Source: an uncultured Bacteroidales bacterium (GTDB lineage Bacteria; Bacteroidota; Bacteroidia; Bacteroidales; FEN-979). Taken from it: a stretch of 64,000 nucleotides of DNA. The position numbers and the translations under genes were made by a program. A model generated the notes under the pieces. That model did no database searches, was not told where the DNA came from, and was given only the letters and a program-made list of their open reading frames with translations. Shown here in pieces: positions 9,294 to 17,834 of the stretch. The stretch's first letter is position 1; each line of letters starts with the position of its first letter. The DNA is taken from assembly GCA_903828645.1 (NCBI GenBank), contig CAIKNA010000338.1:1468-65467 (forward strand), written 5' to 3'.

Positions 9294-9319
9294 GTCCCGG
9301 GAAACCGAGACTTTTTTTT
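9294..9319 (+). terminator. Hairpin plus T8 run after the RadC relic
   Basis: GTCCCGG-GAAA-CCGAGAC (one mismatch) followed by TTTTTTTT. Confidence 0.55.
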
Positions 9320-9504
9320 ATTCTCATATCTTCATATTGGAATAATCGGTTATTCGGAAAATTATGAATTTTCATGCGGGTTCAGTGAGGTATATCATTG
9401 TTCTTTGATTTATTACCTATCTTTGATATGAAAATATAGCCAGGTCAACCTATCAATATGAGAATTCTTAATAAAAGGATTTCGAGTTGATAAATTCTTT
9501 GGGA

Positions 9505-12500
9505 ATGAATGTCAGGCATATTATTGTTTTTCTCGTAACCATTTTTTTCCTTCCGGCCCTTGCCACATTTGGTGAAGGCTCAAAGCAGCTAAGGCCGGAT
9601 ACAACCCATCAAGCTTACCTTACAATAACTGGTCCGTCATGGTGGCCGGAATGTTTCGCCACATCTGACTGTGATGACGATCATAAATTATTTGTACGGA
9701 TTGCGAGTCCTTCCGAGAAAATCTATTTTGGATTTGGCACAACAGGGCTTGTCTTTAGAATCAAGAAAGATGGAATGGTGGTTTTTGGACCTAAAATAAT
9801 ATACATCAATGCACAAGGTTATATCAAATATAACAGCCAGGCAATTGCCGGACCGAACGTGCTTGACGTTCATGGATATAATGCTTTTGCATTTGCACCG
9901 GGCATTCCGGGCGATTACAGTATAGAGTTCGATCCACAACCTACAATTGCACGATTTGATATTTCAGTAATTGATACGGCCCTTTATCCGTTGGCAGCCA
10001 TTGATGGCCGGCTTTGGTCAAAAGACTGGCTTATATCAATGGGGAGTTCAACAGTACCTAATAATTCTTTTCTTGCAACCATGTATATTTATTCCGACGA
10101 CTCAGTTGTTACATCAATCTATTTTAACAACATGTTGCCAAATGGCATTCAATTTGTTGCCAATCGTAACGGATTATATTCCCCACCTGCTCTTTTTGAT
10201 ACCAGCCGGATGTCACGAAACTGCTTATGTCTTTTTCCACAATATAAAATTTTCCTATGCAATCCCGATTCGAATCAATTCCCAACAGGAACCAATGGTT
10301 TGATTCAGAACGGGGTTACTGTTACCCCCCAATGTGACGGATCGGTTATGCTCACTTTTTCGGCAAATAAACCCGGGATAGTTAACGTTGAAATAGAAGT
10401 AAACCCTTTACCTGGTCACCAACCTGAAGATGTTACACTGACCAGTACGGTAATAGCGGGAACCAACACGATCATTTGGAATGGCCTGAACGGGCTGGGA
10501 GTTCCTGTTCCATCCGGAGCTGTCGTTGGCATTACTGTTTCCTATGTGAATGGCCTCACCAATCTTCCATTATTCAGCGTTGAAAAAAATCTGAACGGTT
10601 TTATTGTCCAGCTTGTCAGACCACCCGGGCCACCTCTTGCCATTTATTGGGATGATAGTTTATTGCCATGGTGGGGAGGAGTAGCCCAACTAAGTGGTTG
10701 CTATAGTTCTTTACCCTCAAATGGATGTCATACCTGGGATGGAGGTAATAATTGGGGGCTCGGACAAAGCAACACCGTGAACAGCTGGTGGTATTCAGCC
10801 AGCAGTAATATAAATCTCGGGAATGTCACGTTGGTGGGTCCGCCTGAGCAAGTCGCGAATATTCTTGGTTCCCTTCAACCATGTTTATACAATACGGAAT
10901 CGTATACCGTTCAGCCTGATCCCCTGCCGGGAGCAGATCAAAACAGGTACAACTGGGTACTTGCCGATGCCGGTACCGGAACGATCCTTCTTGATTTGAT
11001 GGATATGGGATCAACCATCAATATAGATTTTTCAAGTTTTCCGGCAGGTCAAAAATGGTTAAAAGTTCGAGGTAACTCAACTGCCTGCGGTTTCGGAACC
11101 TTCGGTCCTGCACCCAACGGGATATTGATTAACAGTATTCAGCCAACCCAGATTACCAACACGGCCCATACCTTCACTATTTGCAGCGGTGAACAAACGG
11201 ATATTTTACTTCAAGCTTCCATTCCGTCAACATCATTCAATTATTCTGCAACTGCCACCTCTCCCCTGCTTACCGGGTTTTTCCCCGACAATATCAATCC
11301 AATCCATCAGACACTCTATAACACAGGAGGTGAACCGGATTCCGTAATTTATCGGGTTGTCCCATTTGTAACGCCATGCAGTGGAGATACAACTGACTTT
11401 TATGTTATCGTAAACCCTTACCTGCCTGCCGGTGTTTCCATCGATGTATCCTCCAACCCTGTGTGCAGCGGCACTTCCGTCACATTTACAGCCACACAAT
11501 CAAACGGAGGAACAACTCCTCACTATCAATGGAAAGTAAATGGCAATAATTCAGGTACAGACAGTCCAACTTTTACACTGGTACCCAACAACAATGATGT
11601 GATCTCGTGTACACTTACCTCATCACAGGTTTGCGTTACAGGAAATCCTGCTGTAAGCAATTTGATAACGATGTATGTCACTCAAGCCTTGCCTGTAAGC
11701 GTTTCAGTTTCCACCTTATCAAACACCGTTTGCAGCGGCACATCCGTGTTATTTTCGGCCTTGCCTTTGAATGAAGGTCCAGCCCCGGGTTACCAATGGC
11801 AAGTCAATGGCAGCAATGCCGGGACTAACAATCCAGATTTCACATATATTCCATCTGATAACGACATGGTGAGTTGTGTTCTCACCTCGTCTGAAACGTG
11901 TGCTACCGGTAATCCTGCGACCAGCAATACAATCACAATCAGTGTAAATCAAAATTTTCCGGTAGCCGTTTCGCTGGGTGCATCCTCGAATCCCGTTTGT
12001 TCAGGCACTTCTGTAACATACACTGCTACACCTGCAAATGGAGGGATTACCCCGATTTATTTGTGGAAAGTGAATGGGATTATTTCCGGAACCAACAGCC
12101 CGAATTTTATTTATATTCCCAATAACAATGATATCGTAACCTGTATACTCACTTCTTCAGAGGCATGTGCCTCAGGTAATCCTTCAACCAGCAACCAGGC
12201 AGTGATGACTGTTACTCCAAACCTTCCAGTCAGCATTTCGATCTCAACACCTTCAACTTCTTTCTGTTCCGGGAGTCCTATTACCATTACCGCAACTCCT
12301 GCCAATGGTGGAACAATTCCTGCTTTTCAATGGAAACTGAATGGGGTGAATTTCGGAGCCAATAATTCTGTCTTGACCTATAATCCATTCTCCGGCGATA
12401 TAATAACATGTGTTTTGTCATCCTCTGATATTTGTGTTACCGGAAATCCTGCAACCTCGAATATGCTTACATTGACAGGAACTACGACACTTCCTGCTGG

Positions 12501-13563
12501 CGTAACAATCATAGCCAACGCAAACCCCTTCTGCCAGGGATCTCAGGTTGCGTTCACAGCAACACCGGTCAATGGTGGGGCCAACCCCTCATATCAATGG
12601 AAGGTGAATGGAGCTAATGCCGGGACAGACCTCCCGATTTTTAGCTATAATCCGGCAAATAATGATCTCGTTCATTGTGAAATAGTATCGAATCTAAATT
12701 GTGTTACCGGTAACCCGGCAATTTCCTCAAATATTAACATGGTTGAGAAATTGTCCCCCGTTGTTTCTTTCGCATCCTGCTTTGATACCATTACAACGGT
12801 GAATGCCAAGCCTTATAAATTAAAAGGGGGAATACCCTACGGTGGATCTTATTCCGGTCCGGGAGTCGACCCTGCAACCGGAATTTTCACACCTGTTACT
12901 GCAGGATCAGGATTGAAAACCATTAACTATATATATACCAATATTTCGTTATGCAGTGCTTTTCAAACAAGGACGGTATTTGTTCAACCTTCGCCAACAT
13001 TCGTGTGTGGAAATTCATTAACTGATATCCGTGATAATAAAATTTACCCAACCGTATTAATCGGGTCACAGTGTTGGATGGCTTCCAATTTGAACTACGG
13101 CATATCTATTCCATCATCGCAGGTTCAGTCTGATAATTGCATTCCAGAAAAGCACTGTTATAACGACCTTAATGGAAATTGTACCAACTATGGAGGGCTT
13201 TATCAATGGGAGGAGATGATGAAGTACGATGATACCCCTGCCGGGCAGGGCTTGTGCCCCCCAGGCTGGCATGTTCCTACTGAAGGTGAATGGACCACTT
13301 TAATAAATTATTACCTGGGTAATTCTCTTGCCGGAAAGCCATTACAGGATTCTGTTTTCAATGGGTTTCGTGCAATGAGAAGTGGGATTCTTTATTTGAA
13401 TTCAAGCATGAGTTTTATGGGATTCGCCACCCTTTTCTGGACATCCACACCTGGCAGCCAGTTCAAGGGCATCTCGCATGGGGTCAATACCTACAATTAT
13501 TCAGTATCCCTGTATGAATCTTCAAGAGCAAATTCCTTTTCTATCAGATGTTTAAAAGATTAA
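9505..13563 (+). CDS. Giant secreted surface protein: unknown N-terminal region, 5 tandem Cys-containing Ig/PKD-like repeats, C-terminal Fibrobacter-succinogenes-major-paralogous-type lectin-like domain
   Basis: ORF 9487-13563. The track start is a TTG; the ATG at 9505 gives MNVRHIIVFLVTIFFLPALA, a signal peptide. There are five repeats of about 88 aa (..NPVCSGTSVTFTAT..NGG..P.YQWKVNG...G...P.F.Y.P.N.D.V.C.LTSS..C.TGNPA.SN...). The C-terminus reads CWMASNLNYG...GGLYQWEEMM...CPPGWHVPTEGEWTTL...FWTST...SIRCLKD. Confidence 0.85.
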   Translation: MNVRHIIVFLVTIFFLPALATFGEGSKQLRPDTTHQAYLTITGPSWWPECFATSDCDDDHKLFVRIASPSEKIYFGFGTTGLVFRIKKDGMVVFGPKIIYINAQGYIKYNSQAIAGPNVLDVHGYNAFAFAPGIPGDYSIEFDPQPTIARFDISVIDTALYPLAAIDGRLWSKDWLISMGSSTVPNNSFLATMYIYSDDSVVTSIYFNNMLPNGIQFVANRNGLYSPPALFDTSRMSRNCLCLFPQYKIFLCNPDSNQFPTGTNGLIQNGVTVTPQCDGSVMLTFSANKPGIVNVEIEVNPLPGHQPEDVTLTSTVIAGTNTIIWNGLNGLGVPVPSGAVVGITVSYVNGLTNLPLFSVEKNLNGFIVQLVRPPGPPLAIYWDDSLLPWWGGVAQLSGCYSSLPSNGCHTWDGGNNWGLGQSNTVNSWWYSASSNINLGNVTLVGPPEQVANILGSLQPCLYNTESYTVQPDPLPGADQNRYNWVLADAGTGTILLDLMDMGSTINIDFSSFPAGQKWLKVRGNSTACGFGTFGPAPNGILINSIQPTQITNTAHTFTICSGEQTDILLQASIPSTSFNYSATATSPLLTGFFPDNINPIHQTLYNTGGEPDSVIYRVVPFVTPCSGDTTDFYVIVNPYLPAGVSIDVSSNPVCSGTSVTFTATQSNGGTTPHYQWKVNGNNSGTDSPTFTLVPNNNDVISCTLTSSQVCVTGNPAVSNLITMYVTQALPVSVSVSTLSNTVCSGTSVLFSALPLNEGPAPGYQWQVNGSNAGTNNPDFTYIPSDNDMVSCVLTSSETCATGNPATSNTITISVNQNFPVAVSLGASSNPVCSGTSVTYTATPANGGITPIYLWKVNGIISGTNSPNFIYIPNNNDIVTCILTSSEACASGNPSTSNQAVMTVTPNLPVSISISTPSTSFCSGSPITITATPANGGTIPAFQWKLNGVNFGANNSVLTYNPFSGDIITCVLSSSDICVTGNPATSNMLTLTGTTTLPAGVTIIANANPFCQGSQVAFTATPVNGGANPSYQWKVNGANAGTDLPIFSYNPANNDLVHCEIVSNLNCVTGNPAISSNINMVEKLSPVVSFASCFDTITTVNAKPYKLKGGIPYGGSYSGPGVDPATGIFTPVTAGSGLKTINYIYTNISLCSAFQTRTVFVQPSPTFVCGNSLTDIRDNKIYPTVLIGSQCWMASNLNYGISIPSSQVQSDNCIPEKHCYNDLNGNCTNYGGLYQWEEMMKYDDTPAGQGLCPPGWHVPTEGEWTTLINYYLGNSLAGKPLQDSVFNGFRAMRSGILYLNSSMSFMGFATLFWTSTPGSQFKGISHGVNTYNYSVSLYESSRANSFSIRCLKD
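11420..12750 (+). repeat. Five in-frame tandem coding repeats (about 265 bp / 88 aa each)
   Basis: Repeat units start LPAGVSIDV, LPVSVSVST, FPVAVSLGA, LPVSISIST and LPAGVTIIA. All share the conserved C...C...C spacing and the YQWK(V/L)NG core. Confidence 0.85.
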
Positions 13564-13663
13564 ACTTTGGGTTTTTAGCTATTGAAAAACAATTTCGTGT
13601 TACCATACAGGTGTATATATTAAGGGGGTATGTAATACTCTATGGAATAATGTTCGGGTCTAT

Positions 13664-14080
13664 ATGGAATCGTGTAAATATGGCATAATAGTATTTGAAG
13701 ATTTGGATAGAGGAAATATAAATCCAAACATATCCATTGAACTTGGGTATATGCTGGCTAAGGAAAAAACCTGTCTGGTATTAAAGGAGAAACTTATGTC
13801 CAAACTGCCGACTGATATTGGTGGACTTATTTATCATGGATTTAATATTAAACAATTAAAAACCCTGAAAAATGAGATTTCAAAATGGATAGAAAATGAT
13901 TTACAAATAAAATTACAATATACGACTCTATGTGAATTAGTTGAAAATATCTCTTCGAACGTTGGGAATAAATATCTATACGAAAGAAGCCTGCCGGAAA
14001 GGCTAAAAAGCCACTTTCGTTGGTTGCCCCGGTATTTGGAGAAAACCAAAGACCGGTGCCGGCATCAATCGTACCGGTAG
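13664..14080 (+). pseudogene. 5'-truncated TIR-like (COG4271 / Cap12-type nucleotide-binding) domain fragment; the ORF tail is read-through into unrelated DNA
   Basis: GIIVFEDLDRGNINPNISIELGYMLAKEKTCLVLKEKLMSKLPTDIGGLIY matches the family pattern ..aivllT.DD....R.NV.fELGyf.Gklg...v..L......PSDl.G..Y. The N-terminal strand (VFIVHG-type) is absent. The upstream in-frame sequence is open only to a TGA at 13583-13585 and has no start. From about 13985 the ORF is antisense to another gene fragment. Confidence 0.4.
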
Positions 14081-14204
14081 CTTTCCTTTTCCAGCCTGCA
14101 ACAGTATCTCCTCCAAGATAGGTTGTAAGTGTTGTCCATTCAGCATCTGTTGGTACATGCCAGCTAGTGGGACAAAGTTTCTCTGTCTTTACTGCGTACT
14201 GAAG
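13985..14204 (-). pseudogene. Orphan fragment of a Fibrobacter-succinogenes-major-paralogous (TIGR02145-type) lectin-like domain
   Basis: Minus-strand translation reads QYAVKTEKLCPTSWHVPTDAEWTTLTTYLGGDTVAGWKRKATGTIDAGTGLWFSPNTGATNESGFLAFPAGFF. It has no start, no N-terminal part and no proper C-terminus. Confidence 0.6.
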
Positions 14205-14223
14205 GTGTCATGTGATTTTTTAT

Positions 14224-14242
14224 CCCGGGAAACCGGGTTTTT
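14224..14242 (+). terminator. Perfect CCCGG-GAAA-CCGGG hairpin plus T5; part of the second RadC-3'-end/terminator relic (14183-14242)
   Basis: Read directly. The flanking sequence ...GAAGGTGTCATGTGATTTTTTATCCCGGGAAACCGGGTTTTT aligns with ...GAAGGAACCATGTAATATTTTTCGTCCCGGGAAACCGAGACTTTTT at 9271-9316. Confidence 0.6.
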
Positions 14243-14351
14243 ATTGCTTTACCGAAACACTGGGTAGTTGAAGTGACATTCTCTTGGTTTTCAAGTTATC
14301 GAAGACTCAACAAAGACGATGTTGCTGCTTGTTTTTCTTTTAGTAATCCGA

Positions 14352-17114
14352 TCAATCATGAAGGCATCTGACGCTAAACCCATTCGCCTTGAGCCCTGCA
14401 TATAGCGATACTGAGAGGTTAGTTGTATTCATCCCATGTGACCAGGCTCGTACTTGATCCGCTTGAGTGGATGACCAGAATATCTCAGCGAAACCGGGAA
14501 AACTACAGGTTGTATTAAGATAGTAAACCCCACTCTGTAGTGCCCTGAACCCGTTAAGATAGGTATCCTGTAGCGGATATCCTGCTTTTGAATTTCCCTG
14601 ATAGTAGTTGATGAGTATCGTCCATTCCGACTCGTCGGGGACGTGCCAGCCCGGGGGACAAAGACCCTGGAAGCCGGGAGTGGCGTCGTAGTTCATAATC
14701 TCACCCCATTGGTAGTAGGAGTACTTTGCCGATGTGGCAGAAGTATGTGAATATTTTTCAGGGAGACAGTTGTCTTGCTGATGCTGGGATTCCGGAATTT
14801 CAGTTCCATAGTCGAGGTTGGAGGCCATCCAGCATTGGGTTCCGATTTGAACTGTAGGATAAACCTTATTGTCGCGGATGTCGGTCAGGTTACCTCCGCA
14901 GTTAAAGGCAGGATTGGCCTGCACTGCGATGGTCTTGTTTTTCCCGGCACTGCAAAGTGTGACATTGGTATACGAGTAGTTTATCGTTTTTAAACCTGTT
15001 CCTGCCAACGATGGTGTAAATACCCCGGTTGTGGAGTTAACTCCTGGCCCTGCATAGGTGCCGCCATAAGGGAGGCCTCCATGTAGTTTAAAGGGTTTGG
15101 CGTTGAGCGTGGTGATGGTATCAAAGCAGGTGGTGAAAGAGACTACAGGCAAGGGCAAAGCCGACATGATAATCTTGGAGGAGGAGGTCGGGCTGGCTGT
15201 TACGCAGTAGAGGTTGGATGTCATGATACAGCGGATGCTGTCTCCTGGCAGTGGCAAATAAGTGTAGGTTGGTAGGTTGCTGGCTGTACTGACACCATTG
15301 ACTTTCCATTGGTATGATGGCAATGTGCCTCCGTTTGTTGGCCAGGCAGTGTAGGTTACGCTGGTTCCCGGGCAAAAGGGGTTGGCGGTGGAGGTAACAT
15401 TTACACTGGCCGGGAAGTTGCTGTTTTCGGTCAGGACGACGGTGGTGCTTGTGGCCGGATTGTTGGTTATGCACTGCAGGCTTGAGGTCATGTAACAGCG
15501 CACCTGGTCGCCGTTAACGGGGATGTAAGTGTAGACTGGGCCGGTGGCCGTCATGTCGATATCGTTTACCTTCCAGAGGTAGACTGGTGTAAGTCCGCCA
15601 TGGTCGGGGGTTGCTGTGATGGTTACAGCGTCTCCGGTGCAGTAAGGATTTGGGACTGCCGCAATCGTAACGTTTACGGCCATATTTGGATCGACTCCCA
15701 TGGTTACAGTGTTAGAGGAGGCGGGGTTGTTTGATACGCAGGTGGTGTTGGAGGAGGTTAAAATGCAAGATACAAGGTCACCAGGCGCGGGTATATAGGT
15801 GTAGGTTGATAACCCGGTGCCGGCATTACCGCCATTTACTTTCCAATTATAAACAGGTGTTACTCCTTCATTGCCCGTGGTAGCAGTAAGGGTGACTGTT
15901 GCTCCTGCACAGACAGGGTTGGCGGAGGGGGAGATCGAAATTGTTACCGGCAGCAAAGGGTCGACGATCATCGTGATGATGTTGGAGGTGGCCGTGTTGT
16001 TTGATGAACAGGGGGCATCGGAGGTGAGTTCGCAGGTCACCTGGTCGCCATTAACAGGGTTGTATGTATAAACTGCATTATTTGCATTGATTACATTAAC
16101 TGCATTCACTTTCCATTGGTATTGCGGAAGGGTGCCGCCGTTTGTCGGAAAGGCAGTAAAGGTGACAGCGGTCCCGGCACATATGTTATTTGCAGATCCG
16201 GAAACAGAAACATCAACGGATACGCTCGCATTTACTGCAACAGGAAATGGGGGAGACGGGATGCCTGTGCTGCATAAATCAGACCCATAAACAGTTATAT
16301 TCCCGGAAATGGCACCTGCGGAATAACTCACGGTGATTGAATTTGTGTTGGCTCCATTGGTGATCGTTGCACCGGGTGGGATGTTCCATACGTAATAAGT
16401 TGCATTGGCAACAGGAGGAACTGTGTACACTTTCCCCATATCGCCCTGGCAAACGCTTTCGGGGCCGATGATGGTTCCGGCCTCACCGGTAGGAAGACAA
16501 AATGTTACAGTTAATGTTGGCCGCCAATTGGTATTGGGATGAGAACTTGAAGCAAAAACCATGGAACGGTAAAGCTGTTCGGTTAAAAGCCTGATCATCC
16601 ACCCGAAGTTTGAGGCGGGGTTTGCAATCATCTGCATCACGGGAACCTTTACATCAATACTCGGATAATCCTGTGTATTGCTTGTTGAAGATGGAAGGTA
16701 GACACTATTCAGGGCTGTTGTTGACGGCTGATTGTTCCAGGTTACAAGACTTTTATCCCAATCCTGGGTTATAACCAATAAATTACTTTGATTATCACCA
16801 TATTGAAGCTGAGAGTATCCGGAGGTGATATTGCAGTATAACGATAGTGTAGCACTGATTATAATTGCATTTGCAGGGATGGGGGTGAGGTCAAAATAAA
16901 TCAGGCTTCGTAATGAAACCGGGGTTCCTGAGACAGTCCATGCATTGGAGGTAAAATCGGGGGTTGTACCGAAGGGTACATTTGCAAAATCTGTCCTGAC
17001 TAATGCGCATTTTCCATCAGAGGGCCCGGGACTGAAAATTAATGTTTGCGTTTGAGGTAAACCCGCCAGGGTCAATGAAAGAAAAAGCAATATTGAATGC
17101 AGAATTCGTTTCAA
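14352..17114 (-). CDS. Giant secreted surface protein: DNRLRE-type N-terminal domain, 4 tandem Cys-containing Ig/PKD-like repeats, C-terminal lectin-like domain paralogous to that of 9505-13563
   Basis: 920-aa ORF. The only possible start is the TTG at 17112-17114, because an in-frame stop lies 2 codons upstream. KRILHSILLFLSLTLAGLPQ is a signal peptide. The N-terminal part reads SLRSLIYFDL...A.LSLY...VTWNNQP...GWMIRL. The C-terminal roughly 270 aa align residue by residue with the other giant protein (CFDTITT.NAKP.KL.GG.PYGG.Y.GPGV...CWMASNL.YG...CPPGWHVP...). Confidence 0.8.
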   Translation of the reverse strand: MKRILHSILLFLSLTLAGLPQTQTLIFSPGPSDGKCALVRTDFANVPFGTTPDFTSNAWTVSGTPVSLRSLIYFDLTPIPANAIIISATLSLYCNITSGYSQLQYGDNQSNLLVITQDWDKSLVTWNNQPSTTALNSVYLPSSTSNTQDYPSIDVKVPVMQMIANPASNFGWMIRLLTEQLYRSMVFASSSHPNTNWRPTLTVTFCLPTGEAGTIIGPESVCQGDMGKVYTVPPVANATYYVWNIPPGATITNGANTNSITVSYSAGAISGNITVYGSDLCSTGIPSPPFPVAVNASVSVDVSVSGSANNICAGTAVTFTAFPTNGGTLPQYQWKVNAVNVINANNAVYTYNPVNGDQVTCELTSDAPCSSNNTATSNIITMIVDPLLPVTISISPSANPVCAGATVTLTATTGNEGVTPVYNWKVNGGNAGTGLSTYTYIPAPGDLVSCILTSSNTTCVSNNPASSNTVTMGVDPNMAVNVTIAAVPNPYCTGDAVTITATPDHGGLTPVYLWKVNDIDMTATGPVYTYIPVNGDQVRCYMTSSLQCITNNPATSTTVVLTENSNFPASVNVTSTANPFCPGTSVTYTAWPTNGGTLPSYQWKVNGVSTASNLPTYTYLPLPGDSIRCIMTSNLYCVTASPTSSSKIIMSALPLPVVSFTTCFDTITTLNAKPFKLHGGLPYGGTYAGPGVNSTTGVFTPSLAGTGLKTINYSYTNVTLCSAGKNKTIAVQANPAFNCGGNLTDIRDNKVYPTVQIGTQCWMASNLDYGTEIPESQHQQDNCLPEKYSHTSATSAKYSYYQWGEIMNYDATPGFQGLCPPGWHVPDESEWTILINYYQGNSKAGYPLQDTYLNGFRALQSGVYYLNTTCSFPGFAEIFWSSTQADQVRAWSHGMNTTNLSVSLYAGLKANGFSVRCLHD
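15150..16235 (-). repeat. Four in-frame tandem coding repeats (about 88 aa), same repeat family as 11420-12750
   Basis: Units start ASVSVDVSV, LPVTISISP, MAVNVTIAA and FPASVNVTS. All share the Y(Q/N/L)WKVN core and the Cys spacing. Confidence 0.85.
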
Positions 17115-17131
17115 AGTTCAGATTCTGAACT
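17115..17131. promoter_or_regulatory. Perfect 8-1-8 palindrome AGTTCAGA-T-TCTGAACT immediately 5' of the TTG start of 14352-17114
   Basis: Read directly. It abuts the start codon at 17112-17114. Function is unknown; it could be an operator or a translation-masking hairpin. Confidence 0.3.
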
Positions 17132-17192
17132 CCAAATATAGCAAGAAATTGGTTTGATTTACTAAAAAGAACTTTGTTGTTGAATGGAATGC

Positions 17193-17790
17193 TTATTGTA
17201 AGTCGGGGATGAAACCTGATGATATCCCGGCTGCACCATTTGATTGGAGATCATTCAGCACTGCGGATAAAACAGTGGTCCATTCTGTAGAAGTCGGGAT
17301 ACGCCATCCGGCCTTAAGTTCAATAGTACAAGGATCGTTGACGGCAACCCAATCAGAAGTTTCACTGATACTGCTAATCCAGGTGGTATTGGGTATGCGG
17401 ATCGTCGTATACTGAAACCCCTGATTGTAGTCAAACTGCCGGTACCGGCAGGTTGAAGCCTCGGTGGCATCACTTATATGCCCATATAAAGCGCATTTAA
17501 ACGGTAGCACAAGTCAACCCTGTTTTAGTTTTTGTTGTAGCGGTTGCCATGTCAGTTGCTGCAGTGTAGTCATTCGTGAGGCCCCATATATAACCTGTAG
17601 CCCCACAGAATTCCAATTCCAACAATTGAGCCCGGACCTGCAACATTTATTTCAGCATTAGATGCCCGAGTAAATGGAATTGGGGAAGTTGTCTTTGTCA
17701 GGGTTCGAAAGCCGGAGTTTCCACATACATTGTAAGCCCATACGTATCTGTTATAAGTTGTCCGGTCCGGTATACTCAGCAATCATTGCG
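17193..17790 (-). pseudogene. Decayed, 5'-truncated, multiply frameshifted paralogue of the lectin-like surface proteins (1-2351 and 24235-25794 family)
   Basis: Pieces lie in three frames: TTYNRYVWAYNVCGNS; ..FCGATGYIWGLTNDYTAATDMATATTKTKTGLTC; and TEAS.CRYRQFDYNQGFQY...NDPC...GWRIPTSTEWTTV. These match the FN3-like and C-terminal lectin-like modules of the intact family members. Confidence 0.6.
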
Positions 17791-17834
17791 GATCACGACT
17801 TTCCCGGTGCCTTGATTGATGAGTATTTTGGTAA

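Noticed and set aside
11420-12750. CRISPR-like or non-coding tandem array
   Set aside because: The periodicity is ~265 bp, in frame, inside a long ORF, and the units are diverged protein domains. No short direct repeats with unique spacers exist anywhere in the window.
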